NCBI GenBank assembly: GCA_020027535.1
Contig: JAHRAK010000002.1
Coordinates: 4,646-68,645, forward strand
Reading direction: 5' to 3'
DNA length: 64,000 nucleotides
Origin: Nitrospirales bacterium
GTDB taxonomy: Bacteria; Nitrospirota; Nitrospiria; Nitrospirales; UBA8639
Shown: positions 21,283 through 30,504 of the stretch, in pieces
Layout of the letters: every line of letters begins with the position of its first letter
Position numbering within the stretch: position 1 is the stretch's first letter
The notes under the pieces: model-generated
Told to the model about the DNA's origin: nothing
Databases searched by the model: none
What the model saw: the letters and a program-made list of their open reading frames with translations, nothing else
Translations under genes and position numbers: made by a program

Positions 21283-21471
21283 TGGCATGAAAATAGCCAA
21301 CGGCTGTCATCCCGAGCCTTCCCCTTTCTGTCATCCTTGCGAACGCGAGGATCCAGGGTTGTTCTCTTCGCAAAGCAGAGGAAAAAGCAAAAGCCCTGGA
21401 TCCTCGATTAAAAATGTCGAGGATGACAGGAGAGGAGTCGGGGATGACAGAAGGAACTGCGGGGATGACAC
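21283..21471. repeat. Cluster of repeat family A units (plus the ATGAAAATAGCC head motif)
   Basis: Contains catgaaaatagcc, CTGTCATCCTTGCgaacGCGAGGATCCAG and CTGGATCCTCGATtaaaaatgTCGAGGATGACAG, then two more ..GGGGATGACA(G/C) half units. Confidence 0.75.
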
Positions 21472-21504
21472 GCAGGGAGTACAATGCGTATAGGCTAACC
21501 GGAG

Positions 21505-21774
21505 ATGTTTGAAGAAGAAAAAACGTTTACGCTTCGGTTTAATCTCGTAGCCGGGTTTCCGGAAGACTACGATGGCGACGACGATGGCTATGCCTGGCTT
21601 CATGATTGGGAAGCCCGGGTCAAACCCGAATTGCTCAAGACCGTGATCACGTCCCTGCGAGCCCATCCTTCATGGTCCGTGCACGTTCGCAATCGGGGAA
21701 TGGCGGCGACGGATGAAGTGGAAATTGTTTTGGAAAAAACGTTTCCAACGGATGGGCGGTCGTTGCCGGAGTGA
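21505..21774 (+). CDS. Hypothetical acidic protein (89 aa)
   Basis: ORF-track entry (MFEEEKTFTLRFNLVAGFPEDYDGDDDGYAWLHDWE...). It fills the gap between the repeats and the next gene. Confidence 0.45.
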   Translation: MFEEEKTFTLRFNLVAGFPEDYDGDDDGYAWLHDWEARVKPELLKTVITSLRAHPSWSVHVRNRGMAATDEVEIVLEKTFPTDGRSLPE

Positions 21775-21791
21775 ACGGGCGGGTAGAGGAG

Positions 21792-21825
21792 CCTGTCCTG
21801 AGCGTAGCAGAGCGAAGTCGAAGGG
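21792..21825. repeat. Repeat family D (CCTGYCCTGAGCGAAG(T/C)CGAAGG motif)
   Basis: The same motif occurs at 27761-27790 (inverted), 30300-30330, 43347-43370 and 43778-43825. Confidence 0.6.
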
Positions 21826-21845
21826 AGCCTGTCGAAGGAAACGTC

Positions 21846-23339
21846 ATGATCGGGTGCATCAGCCGCGTGTTCACACCATGGGCGTTCTGCGGTGCGGTGG
21901 TGTTGGTCGTTGCCAATCCCGTCCTGGCACAAAACCTCGTCTTTACGCCGGTCTTGTCGGCACCCGTCGGTGCGCATCCGGAGGGGCTCACGGTCGGCGA
22001 TTTCAATGAGGACGGGCACTTGGATATTGCGACGGCGAACAGTGATTCTGATGACGTCTCGGTGTTGTTGGGAAACGGAAACGGCACGTTTCGATCAGGC
22101 TATTCCTTCGGCGTGGGAGAGAGTCCGATGTTTCTGACCACGGGAGATCTGAACCTGGATGGAAAGTCGGATTTAGCCGTGGCCGAGACCGGAGCCGATC
22201 GTGTCGTGGTCCTGTTCGGCAAGGGGAACGGGTTCTTCGAGGAATCCGTTCCGTATCCTTCGGGGAAAGGCCCGACGTTTCTCGCGTTGGGTGACGTGGA
22301 CGGAGATGAAGCCCCGGATATGGTCGTCATCAACAGCGGGCGATTCGGACATTATCCCCCGTTCAGTTGGTCGGTCCTGTTGAACAACGGGCAGGGCGAG
22401 TTCGTGGTGACCCAACACGTCGAAGAGCAGGACCGGCGCGGCTTGTTCCCCACCGGCGCTTCGCTGGCGGATCTCGACGAGGATGGGTTGCCTGATGTCA
22501 CGTTGACGTGGAGCCAGCCGAGTTGGCGGACGCCGAATGGTTACGTGTCCGTGTTTCGGAACCGGGGACAGGGAACCTTTTCTTCCTGGAAAACAATTCA
22601 AGCGGGGTTCACGCTGAGTGCCGTCACTCAAACGGATTTGGATGCCGATGGGAACCTGGATCTCATGGTCACCAGTTTGTTTACCGACAGTATCAAGCTG
22701 CTCCTGCAGCTCAGTCCCGGCCGATACACCAAACCCGCAAACATGGAGGTGGGATTCAGCCCCGTGGCGGTGGACTACAGAGATTTGGACGGTGACGGCT
22801 ATCGTGACCTGATTTCCACCAATCGTGCCTCGGATAGTACCTCCATCCTTTTGGGACAGGGAGACGGGTCGTTCCGGCCCGCCGGGCATTATGCCGTAGG
22901 TAAGGTGCCCACCGCCATGGGGATCGAAGATTTTGACAATGACGGATTGCCGGACATTGTGACGGCCAACAGTGGTTCCGATGACGTGTCGATTCTGTTG
23001 AGCGGGAAGGCGGTCATTCCTTCCATCAGCTTGAGTTCCGATACTATCCGGTTTTCGGAGGACGTGGATGCGTTGGCCCGACGGACGCTGCAATTGACCG
23101 TCGCCAACGTGGGGCTCGGCTCCTTGAGCATCGACGATATCGTGCTGGAAGGGTCCCGCGCCTTTTCCATAGACCGGGAATCCTGTGCCGGGGCCACACT
23201 GACCACGGGTAAATTCTGTGCGTTGCCTATCCATTTCACGGGTACGGCGCCCGGCATGCACCAGGCGTTGCTGCGTATTTTCGACAATGCGCCGGGCGGC
23301 CCGAGAATCGTGACCCTCAGCGGACAAGTCAAAGGCTGA
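21846..23339 (+). CDS. Secreted FG-GAP/VCBS-repeat (integrin-alpha-like beta-propeller) protein with a C-terminal Ig-like domain
   Basis: The repeat unit recurs at least seven times (GDFNEDGHLDIATANSDSDDVSVLLGNGNGTF, GDLNLDGKSDLAVAE...VVVLFGKGNGFF and similar). The signal peptide is MIGCISRVFTPWAFCGAVVLVVANPVLAQ. Confidence 0.88.
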   Translation: MIGCISRVFTPWAFCGAVVLVVANPVLAQNLVFTPVLSAPVGAHPEGLTVGDFNEDGHLDIATANSDSDDVSVLLGNGNGTFRSGYSFGVGESPMFLTTGDLNLDGKSDLAVAETGADRVVVLFGKGNGFFEESVPYPSGKGPTFLALGDVDGDEAPDMVVINSGRFGHYPPFSWSVLLNNGQGEFVVTQHVEEQDRRGLFPTGASLADLDEDGLPDVTLTWSQPSWRTPNGYVSVFRNRGQGTFSSWKTIQAGFTLSAVTQTDLDADGNLDLMVTSLFTDSIKLLLQLSPGRYTKPANMEVGFSPVAVDYRDLDGDGYRDLISTNRASDSTSILLGQGDGSFRPAGHYAVGKVPTAMGIEDFDNDGLPDIVTANSGSDDVSILLSGKAVIPSISLSSDTIRFSEDVDALARRTLQLTVANVGLGSLSIDDIVLEGSRAFSIDRESCAGATLTTGKFCALPIHFTGTAPGMHQALLRIFDNAPGGPRIVTLSGQVKG

Positions 23340-23358
23340 CGCGCCGCGCCATCTCCTT

Positions 23359-23512
23359 CCCCTCCTTTGTAAGGACGGGGACTTTTTCCGAAGAGGGAAA
23401 AGTCGGGAGGTAGAGGCTGAGTCGCAGTGGGCAGGTCGCGTGTGGGGGTCGGTATCGGTGCCCTCTAGGCATGCGACTCTACCCCACCTGACCTCCCCTT
23501 ACAAAGGGGAGG
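23359..23512. repeat. Repeat family B element (full copy)
   Basis: The left arm is cccctcctttgtaaggacggggactttttccgaagagggaaaagtcgggaggtagag and the right arm is ctctaccccacctgacctccccttacaaaggggagg. The left arm is near-identical to the reverse complement of 42955-43013. Confidence 0.85.
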
Positions 23513-23622
23513 GAAAGAATAGGGTGCCTCCGCTCAGGCCAACTATTCTGTCAACGAATCACTGAGCATACCGGGATGGCGCGGATACGCATCCCCAAAA
23601 ATACAAGAGGGCAAAGTGCGCG

Positions 23623-25662
23623 ATGAGTCCGGACAACGAACGATCCCCCCTTTCAATCGGCATTGATATCGGCGGCACGTTCACCGATTTTGTGGTGTAT
23701 GACCACGTCGCCGGTCGCGTGAAGACCTTCAAGTTGCTCTCGACTCCTGCCGATCCCGCCCAGGCGGTCCTGGAAGGGTTGCGGAGACTGTCCCCGTCCG
23801 CCGGCCATACCGTCGTGCATGGCTCGACCGTGGCCACCAACGCGTTGCTCGAACGAAAAGGGGCGTGCACGGCGTTCGTCACGACGCAAGGGTTTCGGGA
23901 CGTGTTGCAGATTGGCCGGCAGACTCGTCGAAACCTCTATGATTGGTTCAGTGGCGGAGTGCCGGCGCTCGTGCCTCCGGACCGGTGCCTGGAGGTTCAG
24001 GAACGGCTCGATCATCGCGGGCGCGTGTTGCGGCCCCTGACAAAAAAATCCTTGTCGTCCCTCATCGAGACCCTGCGGGAACAACGGGTCGAGGCCGTCG
24101 CGCTCTCCTTGCTGTTTTCCTTTGTGAATCCCGATCATGAACGTCAAATCGGGCAACGCCTTCGGGAGGCGGGCTTCTTCGTGACCGCCTCGCATGAACT
24201 GATCCCGGAGTTCAGGGAATTCGAGCGGGCCTCCACCACGGTGGTGAACGCGTACGTCTCCCCGGTTCTCAACCGATATTTGGAAACCCTCGAACAATCG
24301 TGCGCAGGCGGCTCCTTCCACGTCATGCAATCGAACGGCGGACGGATTCAAGCGGCACAGGTGCGGCAGGAGGGTGTCCGTTCGATCTTGTCCGGACCGG
24401 CGGGTGGGGTGATCGGCGCCGAGTATCTTGCGCGGCTGGCCGGGTTTTCGCAGCTCATCACGTTTGATATGGGCGGCACGTCTACGGACGTGTCCGTCGT
24501 CGATGGCGCGATTCACACGACGTCGGAAGCGGAAATCGCCAGCATGCCCATTCGCGTCCCGGTGCTCGACATTCATACGGTCGGTGCCGGAGGCGGGTCC
24601 CTGGCGCGAGTCGATGCGGGAGGTGCCCTGCGCGTCGGACCGGAAAGCGCCGGGGCCGATCCGGGGCCCGCGTGCTACGGACGAGGCGGACGGACGGCGA
24701 CTGTCACGGATGCCAATGCCTTCCTGGGGCGGTTGCCTGCCACGGGTCTGTTGGGCGGTGAATTGCCTTTGGATCTGGATGCCACCCACGAGGCCCTGGC
24801 TGGGCTCTCACGGGAATTGGTCCCGTACGCTGCCGGTCCTGACGTTGACCTGGAGGAGACTGCCTTGGGCATTCTCCAGGTGGTCAATGCCGAGATGGAG
24901 CGGGCGATTCGCGTGATCTCGGTCGAACGCGGGCACGATCCCAGGGAGTACGTGTTGCTCACATTCGGCGGAGCCGGAGGCGTGCATGCCTGCGAACTTG
25001 CGCGATCCCTCAACGTCGGACGGGTCCTGATTCCCTTGGCCGCTTCGACTTTGTCCGCCCTGGGCATGTTGACGGCAAACGTGTTTCTGGATTACGTCCA
25101 AACGGTGATGTGTTCCGGTAAGACCTCGTTTGAAGAGTTGGAACGCCGGTTCGTTCCCATGGTGGAGCAGGCGGGGGCAGACCTCGCGACCCAAAAGGTT
25201 CCTCTTCCGGCCCGGCACGTTCATTGTGAATTGGATCTCCGGTATCTAGGCCAATCCTTTGAATTGACCGTGCCGTTTTCTCCTGCCTTTCAAGCGGCTT
25301 TTCATGAACAGCACGTTCAACGCTATGGGCATAAGGACGAGGCCGCGGGGCTCGAGATCGTCAATCTTCGGGTTCGTGCGATCGGCGACGTCGATCCCCC
25401 GCCGATGGAGACGCAGGCAACGGGGCCTGCCGATTCCTCCGGAGCCCTGTGCCATGAACGCCGACTCGTGTTCGTCTCCGGGCCCCGACCCGTTCCGTTC
25501 TATGATCGCCGTCGATTACGGCCGGGGCATCACGTTCCCGGGCCTGCGGTCATCTTCCAGGATGACACCACCATTCTGTTGTCGGAAATCGATCATGCGC
25601 GCGTCGACGCCTGGCAAAACGTGCTGATCACCGTAGGAGAGGCTCGTGCAGAAAGCCGTTGA
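23623..25662 (+). CDS. hyuA: Hydantoinase/oxoprolinase family, A subunit (N-methylhydantoinase A / 5-oxoprolinase-like)
   Basis: Contains SIGIDIGGTFTDFVVYD (ASKHA phosphate-1), MQSNGG, FDMGGTSTDVS and DIHTVGAGGGS. It is paired with a B subunit. Confidence 0.9.
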   Translation: MSPDNERSPLSIGIDIGGTFTDFVVYDHVAGRVKTFKLLSTPADPAQAVLEGLRRLSPSAGHTVVHGSTVATNALLERKGACTAFVTTQGFRDVLQIGRQTRRNLYDWFSGGVPALVPPDRCLEVQERLDHRGRVLRPLTKKSLSSLIETLREQRVEAVALSLLFSFVNPDHERQIGQRLREAGFFVTASHELIPEFREFERASTTVVNAYVSPVLNRYLETLEQSCAGGSFHVMQSNGGRIQAAQVRQEGVRSILSGPAGGVIGAEYLARLAGFSQLITFDMGGTSTDVSVVDGAIHTTSEAEIASMPIRVPVLDIHTVGAGGGSLARVDAGGALRVGPESAGADPGPACYGRGGRTATVTDANAFLGRLPATGLLGGELPLDLDATHEALAGLSRELVPYAAGPDVDLEETALGILQVVNAEMERAIRVISVERGHDPREYVLLTFGGAGGVHACELARSLNVGRVLIPLAASTLSALGMLTANVFLDYVQTVMCSGKTSFEELERRFVPMVEQAGADLATQKVPLPARHVHCELDLRYLGQSFELTVPFSPAFQAAFHEQHVQRYGHKDEAAGLEIVNLRVRAIGDVDPPPMETQATGPADSSGALCHERRLVFVSGPRPVPFYDRRRLRPGHHVPGPAVIFQDDTTILLSEIDHARVDAWQNVLITVGEARAESR

Positions 25663-27259
25663 ACGGGAAGTCTTTAAACATTTGTACGGTTCGGTGGCCG
25701 AAGAAATGGGGGTGCGCCTGCAACGATCGGCGTTTTCCCCGAATATCAAGGAGCGCTGTGATTTTTCCTGCGCCGTGTTCGACGAAGCGGGACACCTGGT
25801 GGCGCAGGCCGCGCATATCCCTGTCCATCTCGGGGCCATGCCGCTCTCCGTGGAAGCCTGCCGCCGGCACCTGACCCTTGAGCCGGGTGACATGGCGATC
25901 CTGAATGACCCGTTTCACGGTGGAACGCACCTGCCCGACATCACGGTCGTCTCGCCGGTCTTCGTCGAGCACGACAGGCTTCTGGGATTCGTCGCCAACC
26001 GCGCGCACCATGCCGACGTCGGGGGGATGTCGCCGGGGTCCATGCCGTTGTCCCGGGAATTGTATCAGGAAGGAGTGATTATTCCGCCCGTGAAACTCGT
26101 GGAAGCCGGCAGGACGAACCAGGCCCTGTGGGATTTCTTTCTGGCGAACGTGCGGACTCCACGGGAACGTGCCGGTGATTTGCAGGCCCAACTGGCGGCC
26201 AACCGGATAGGGGCGCAACGACTTCAGGAATTGGTGTCACGCTATGGGATGGAGCGCGTTCGGGAAAATATGTCCGAATTGTTGGCCTATAGTGAAAAAC
26301 TGACCCGGCACGGCATTCGGCAGTTGCCGGATGGCACGTATCGGTATGAAGACGTGCTCGATGACGACGGCATTGATGACAAACCGATCCCGATCGCCGT
26401 GGTCATGACGATCGATGGAGAAGAGGTGGTGGTCGATTTTGAGGGGAGTGCGCCCCAGTGCGAAGGAAGCGTCAACGCGGTCTATGCGATTACGGTCTCG
26501 GCGACGGCGTACGTGTTTCGATGTTTGCTGGGGCTGGATATTCCCGGCAACAGCGGGTGTATGGTGCCTATCCACGTCCGGGCGCCTGAAGGGTCGGTGG
26601 TCAATGCCCGGTTTCCCGCGGCGGTGGCTGCGGGAAACGTCGAGACGGCCCAGCGAATCGTGGACGTCCTGCTGGGGGCCTTGGCGCAGGCCTGCCCCGA
26701 CCGGGTGCCGGCCGCGAGCCAGGGCACCATGAATAATGTTACGATCGGGGGGTGGGATTGCGAAAAACAACGGCCGTTTGCGTATTATGAAACGTTGGGC
26801 GGGGGCATGGGCGCCGGGGTGGAATGTCCGGGAGCCAGCGGTATCCATTCCCATATGACGAATACGATGAATACGCCGGTCGAAGCCCTGGAGTATGCGT
26901 ATCCGTTTCGCATATCCCGTTACGTCCTTCGAGAAGGGACAGGCGGCGCGGGAGTCCATGCGGGGGGCAATGGCGTCACGCGCGAAATCGAATTTTTGCA
27001 GGACGCTCACGTGACGATCGTCTCCGATCGACGGGAATCGAAACCGTTCGGGTTGGCCGGGGGAGGGGCCGGACAATCCGGTCGGAACGTGTTGATTCGC
27101 AAGGGGCGTGAAAAGAAACTCCCCGGGAAAACGACGCTGGCCGTAAGCCAGGGAGATCGTTTGCGGATTGAAACCCCGGGCGGTGGCGGCTATGGTGCCT
27201 TGAAGAAAAAAAAAGACGTGATCAGGCAGGATCATGCCTTAAGTTCCCCTCCTTTGTAA
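25646..27259 (+). CDS. hyuB: Hydantoinase B/oxoprolinase family subunit
   Basis: Contains EVFKHLYGSVAEEMGVRLQRSAFSPNIKERCDFSCAVFD, AHIPVHLGAM, NDPFHGGTHLPD and AGNVETAQRIVD. The GTG start overlaps the end of hyuA. The last codons and the stop lie in a repeat element. Confidence 0.9.
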   Translation: MQKAVEREVFKHLYGSVAEEMGVRLQRSAFSPNIKERCDFSCAVFDEAGHLVAQAAHIPVHLGAMPLSVEACRRHLTLEPGDMAILNDPFHGGTHLPDITVVSPVFVEHDRLLGFVANRAHHADVGGMSPGSMPLSRELYQEGVIIPPVKLVEAGRTNQALWDFFLANVRTPRERAGDLQAQLAANRIGAQRLQELVSRYGMERVRENMSELLAYSEKLTRHGIRQLPDGTYRYEDVLDDDGIDDKPIPIAVVMTIDGEEVVVDFEGSAPQCEGSVNAVYAITVSATAYVFRCLLGLDIPGNSGCMVPIHVRAPEGSVVNARFPAAVAAGNVETAQRIVDVLLGALAQACPDRVPAASQGTMNNVTIGGWDCEKQRPFAYYETLGGGMGAGVECPGASGIHSHMTNTMNTPVEALEYAYPFRISRYVLREGTGGAGVHAGGNGVTREIEFLQDAHVTIVSDRRESKPFGLAGGGAGQSGRNVLIRKGREKKLPGKTTLAVSQGDRLRIETPGGGGYGALKKKKDVIRQDHALSSPPL

Positions 27260-27389
27260 GGAGGGGCGAAGGGGAGGTAGAGTCTGTGGTCAGGACGGCG
27301 CAACCTGATCCTCCATGGGCGGTCGGCTCTACCCCACCCCCGCTTTCGCGGGGGCAAGCCTAGCTCAGCCTCCCCTTACAAAGGGGAGG
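27246..27389. repeat. Repeat family B element (full copy)
   Basis: Reads cccctcctttgtaaggaggggcgaaggggaggtagag ... ctctaccccacc ... cctccccttacaaaggggagg. Confidence 0.85.
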
Positions 27390-27471
27390 AAAAGCGGGGG
27401 GCGCAGGGCGGACCTTGCCCGATCTATCATCCTGTCAACGAATGAAAGAATACATACGGGAGTCCTGAAAC

Positions 27472-27741
27472 ATGAAAGAAACTGATCCTGAACGGTTGGA
27501 AATGTTGTTTGAACGTTTTTGCGACGTCTGTTTGGTTGAAAAAGAAGTGTGGATGGAAATTCTCCTGCCCCGGCCGGTTGAAAAAGGGGTGATCCTGACC
27601 AACGTGCAAGAGAAGTACGAAGTAGTCATCGACGACCCCGAGGTTGAGGATACGCTCGATGCCAACATCCCCCTCGGCAAATCCTCGCTACGAGCGGCCA
27701 TTCAGGAATACAAGAATCATATCAGTTTTCATAAAATCTAG
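27472..27741 (+). CDS. Hypothetical protein (89 aa)
   Basis: ORF-track entry with GGGAG 9 nt upstream of the ATG. Composition is acidic and helical. Confidence 0.5.
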   Translation: MKETDPERLEMLFERFCDVCLVEKEVWMEILLPRPVEKGVILTNVQEKYEVVIDDPEVEDTLDANIPLGKSSLRAAIQEYKNHISFHKI

Positions 27742-27750
27742 GCCGGGCAG

Positions 27751-27841
27751 GTCGGGACGGCACCCTTCGACTACGCTCAGGGCAGGCGGGGGCCGTCCCC
27801 TACAATGACCATGATGTAGGGACAACCCCCCGTGGTTGTCC
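27751..27841. repeat. REP-like repeat family D+E composite (..GCTCAGGGCAGG..GTCCCCTACAATGACCATGATGTAGGGAC AACCCCCCGTGGTTGTCC)
   Basis: About 90 bp, roughly 93 percent identical to the reverse complement of 30245-30335. Confidence 0.8.
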
Positions 27842-27854
27842 GTAGAATTTCAGA

Positions 27855-28244
27855 TTGAGAAGAACGATGACGGCTCCCGACGCGTTTATCAAGGCCCTTC
27901 AGCATGAACCCATCACCTGTCTTCGGGCGGCTTGCCCCGGACACGTGGACTGTACCGAGGTCTCTCACCCTCAAGAGCGAGTGAAGGCGTACCATCTCCG
28001 GTGTGAGGCATGCGGATGGGAAGATCACGTCCGTGGCCGTGAGGACGGCGCCGCGCAGTGGGAGGATGCCGAATTGCAGGCGATTATCGATGAGCATCTC
28101 CTGCACCTCCAGCCCGTGTGCCCGTATGATCAGGCCCCCGTGGTGTTTACCTCTCTCCCCAATCCTCGCCGAAAGGCCAGGTATCGAATTTCCTGCTTTT
28201 ATTGTGGACGGCAAGTCGAACTGGATTGGCCTCCGCGGTTCTGA
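27855..28244 (+). CDS. Hypothetical Cys-rich protein (129 aa; several CxxC/CxxxxC pairs)
   Basis: ORF-track entry containing CLRAACPGHVDC, CEACG, CPYD and CFYCG. An alternative start is MTAPDAF at 27867. Confidence 0.5.
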   Translation: MRRTMTAPDAFIKALQHEPITCLRAACPGHVDCTEVSHPQERVKAYHLRCEACGWEDHVRGREDGAAQWEDAELQAIIDEHLLHLQPVCPYDQAPVVFTSLPNPRRKARYRISCFYCGRQVELDWPPRF

Positions 28245-28271
28245 ACGCGTGTATCGCCCCCCGCCGGAGCG

Positions 28272-30248
28272 TTACATCTCCCAATTGCCTTCCACCCCGA
28301 ATCGCACCCATGTCCCCGGCGCGCTGAACCCGAGAAAATCGTCGTACGTCACGTTGGTCAGATTATCCACGGCCCCGAAGATTTTCCATGCGTCGTTCAG
28401 GGCATAGGTGGCGGCGAGGTCGATTCGATAATATCCGGGCGCCCTGGTTTGCGTCGTGGGAATTTGCAGGTCGAAGCGGGTGCCCACGGCTTGGAGTTGG
28501 CTGCGTATGGTCAACGCGGGAGTGGCCTGCACCCGGACCGCGAAGCCCCCCGATGCCTTGGGCCGATTCCGAAGCGGGGCGTTCGTCCCCAAGATTCTGG
28601 CGTCCAGGTAGGTGAACCAGCCTTTGAGAGACACGTTCGGGAATGGGATGGCGACCACGTTCAATTCGATCCCTTGTGTCCTGACTTTGTTCAGGTTGAC
28701 CAGGAGGAAGGTCTGTTGCCGGGCAAGAACGGGGTCCAGATCGATTTGATTGAAATAGGTGTTGTGGAACCAAGTCAACCGGATTTCACTATCCCAGACG
28801 GGATTCGACCGGATGATGCCCACTTCCCACGCCGCGCTGGATTCCGGAGACAGGTGAGGATTTCCGATAATGGGATCGCCCAGGGCATTCAGGCTCGGCA
28901 ATTTGAACCCTTCGCCATACTGCCCACGGATGGTCGTTCTCGGAAACGGTTGGACGCTGACGGCGAGACGCGGGGTTACCTGGACCGGAGCGTTCTCCGG
29001 GCCGTCCACACGGATGCCCGCACTGATCCGGACCTGCTCGTTCGGGGTAACGATCGTTTCCAGTATTCCTGCCGGCGTCGTGCGTGATTGCTCGAAATTC
29101 GAGGCAACTGGTGACGGAAATCCCAACACGGTCAGGTCCTGGGTTCCGGTTCGTGTTCCGTTCTCGTGCACCAGTTGAAGCCCGCCCGCCATCTGCAAGA
29201 ATTCTTTCAGAGAAGCCCGAAGCGTCCAATGGAGCCGCATCCGGGTGAAGTCCGTCTCGAAGACGGTCGGAGGGATTCGAAACCTCCCGGGTGCGGACAG
29301 CACTCCAGGGTTGTCAACGTTATGTTGCCGGTGGAGCACGTTGGCGGTCAGTTGATGCTCCCAGTTCGGAGCAAGCGGGAACGTCAGGTTGAATCCGGAA
29401 ACGATTTCGTGGGTACGTCGCCGCTCCGGCGTACGGAGAATGGCCAGGCGTGTACCGCCACTGCCTTCCGGAAAGGAACGGGTGTCGGTGTTTGTGTATT
29501 GTCCCGTCAGTTCAAACTTGAGCGAGTCCCGAAGCGACCAGTTCACGTGGCCGCCGATCGTTCCGGATGCAAACCGGTTTCCCGTGACTTGACCATCGTT
29601 TCGGGTAAAGGCGGCCGAACCGGCATATCGGAAACGGTCGGCGGACCCCGACGTTTGGAGGATCCCGCGGGTATAGCCCCATTGCCCCCCTTCCGTACGG
29701 GCCACCAGTCGATCCGCCGCGGTTCCCTTTTGCGTAATGACGTTCACCACGCCTGCCATCGCGTCGGACCCATAGAACACGGAGGCCGGTCCCTTGACGA
29801 TTTCGATCCGTTCGATACGCTCGGGAGTCAGGGACGACAGATCAACCGATCCCCCGCGCTGGTTTGTCGGATCGTTCAACGGAACGCCGTCCAACAACAC
29901 CATCGTAAAATTCGGATCGCCCCCGCGAATATAGAGTGAACTGATGCCGCTCCGGCCTCCCATCTCGTCGACGAAAATCCCGGGGGTTTGTTGCAAGAGA
30001 GTCCCGAGCCTGTTGGGTTGTTGAGAGTCAAAGCCTGTTCGCGTGAACACCGTGGTTTGGATAGGTGTCCGCGATTGGCTCGTCGGCAGGGCCGTGGCCG
30101 TGACTACCACGGGATCGAGCGTTTCAACGGGCAGGGGTTCCGCCAGCCCGGCTGATGGAAAGAGACAGAACGTGAACCCCAGGATCCCAGTGCCGGTTAC
30201 AAAATATTGTTTAGAAAAACCTTGAGGGAATCGCTTCATGAGTCCCAT
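28272..30248 (-). CDS. TonB-dependent outer-membrane receptor (BtuB-like plug and barrel)
   Basis: Contains LDPVVVTAT (TonB box), SSLYIRGGDPNFTMVLLDGVPLNDP, IERIEIVKGPASVFYGSDAMAGVVNVIT and a C-terminal barrel ending ...VRFGVEGNWEM. Possible starts are ATG 30248 or 30239, or TTG 30254. Confidence 0.9.
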   Translation of the reverse strand: MGLMKRFPQGFSKQYFVTGTGILGFTFCLFPSAGLAEPLPVETLDPVVVTATALPTSQSRTPIQTTVFTRTGFDSQQPNRLGTLLQQTPGIFVDEMGGRSGISSLYIRGGDPNFTMVLLDGVPLNDPTNQRGGSVDLSSLTPERIERIEIVKGPASVFYGSDAMAGVVNVITQKGTAADRLVARTEGGQWGYTRGILQTSGSADRFRYAGSAAFTRNDGQVTGNRFASGTIGGHVNWSLRDSLKFELTGQYTNTDTRSFPEGSGGTRLAILRTPERRRTHEIVSGFNLTFPLAPNWEHQLTANVLHRQHNVDNPGVLSAPGRFRIPPTVFETDFTRMRLHWTLRASLKEFLQMAGGLQLVHENGTRTGTQDLTVLGFPSPVASNFEQSRTTPAGILETIVTPNEQVRISAGIRVDGPENAPVQVTPRLAVSVQPFPRTTIRGQYGEGFKLPSLNALGDPIIGNPHLSPESSAAWEVGIIRSNPVWDSEIRLTWFHNTYFNQIDLDPVLARQQTFLLVNLNKVRTQGIELNVVAIPFPNVSLKGWFTYLDARILGTNAPLRNRPKASGGFAVRVQATPALTIRSQLQAVGTRFDLQIPTTQTRAPGYYRIDLAATYALNDAWKIFGAVDNLTNVTYDDFLGFSAPGTWVRFGVEGNWEM

Positions 30249-30335
30249 GGACAACCACGGGGGGTTGTCCCTACATCATAGTCATTGTAGGGGACGGCCT
30301 GCGCCTGCCCTGAGCGAAGCCGAAGGTGCCGTCCC
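30245..30335. repeat. REP-like repeat family D+E composite, inverted partner of 27751-27841
   Basis: The sequence ggacaaccacggggggttgtccctacatcatagtcattgtaggggacggcctgcgcctgccctgagcgaagccgaaggtgccgtcccg was read directly. Confidence 0.8.
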
Positions 30336-30504
30336 GCTGACCTTCTCAGCAACAGTCGATCTGTGTTATACACCCGTTGGTTTCTTCCGGGACAGCCTTC
30401 ATATCGGAATAGCATTTGTCCGGAGTAGTCGTGAGCCGCGTGAGAGTCGAGTGTTCGTCGTGAGCAACCTTCCATACTGTACCGAGCCCGAACGTTCGGA
30501 CGGG

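Noticed and set aside
21283-21471. Possible CRISPR array (several similar short repeats close together; also 38026-38234)
   Set aside because: The units are palindromic and in mixed orientation with irregular spacing. The same units are dispersed singly all over the window. No cas genes are present, so these are REP/MITE-type repeats rather than CRISPR.
30255-30504. Cobalamin riboswitch upstream of the BtuB-like receptor
   Set aside because: Reading the minus strand I found no B12 box (AGYCMGGAGACCKGCC-like) and no conserved GGTGC..AGGGAA..CGGTGAAA core. The region is mostly REP-like repeat.
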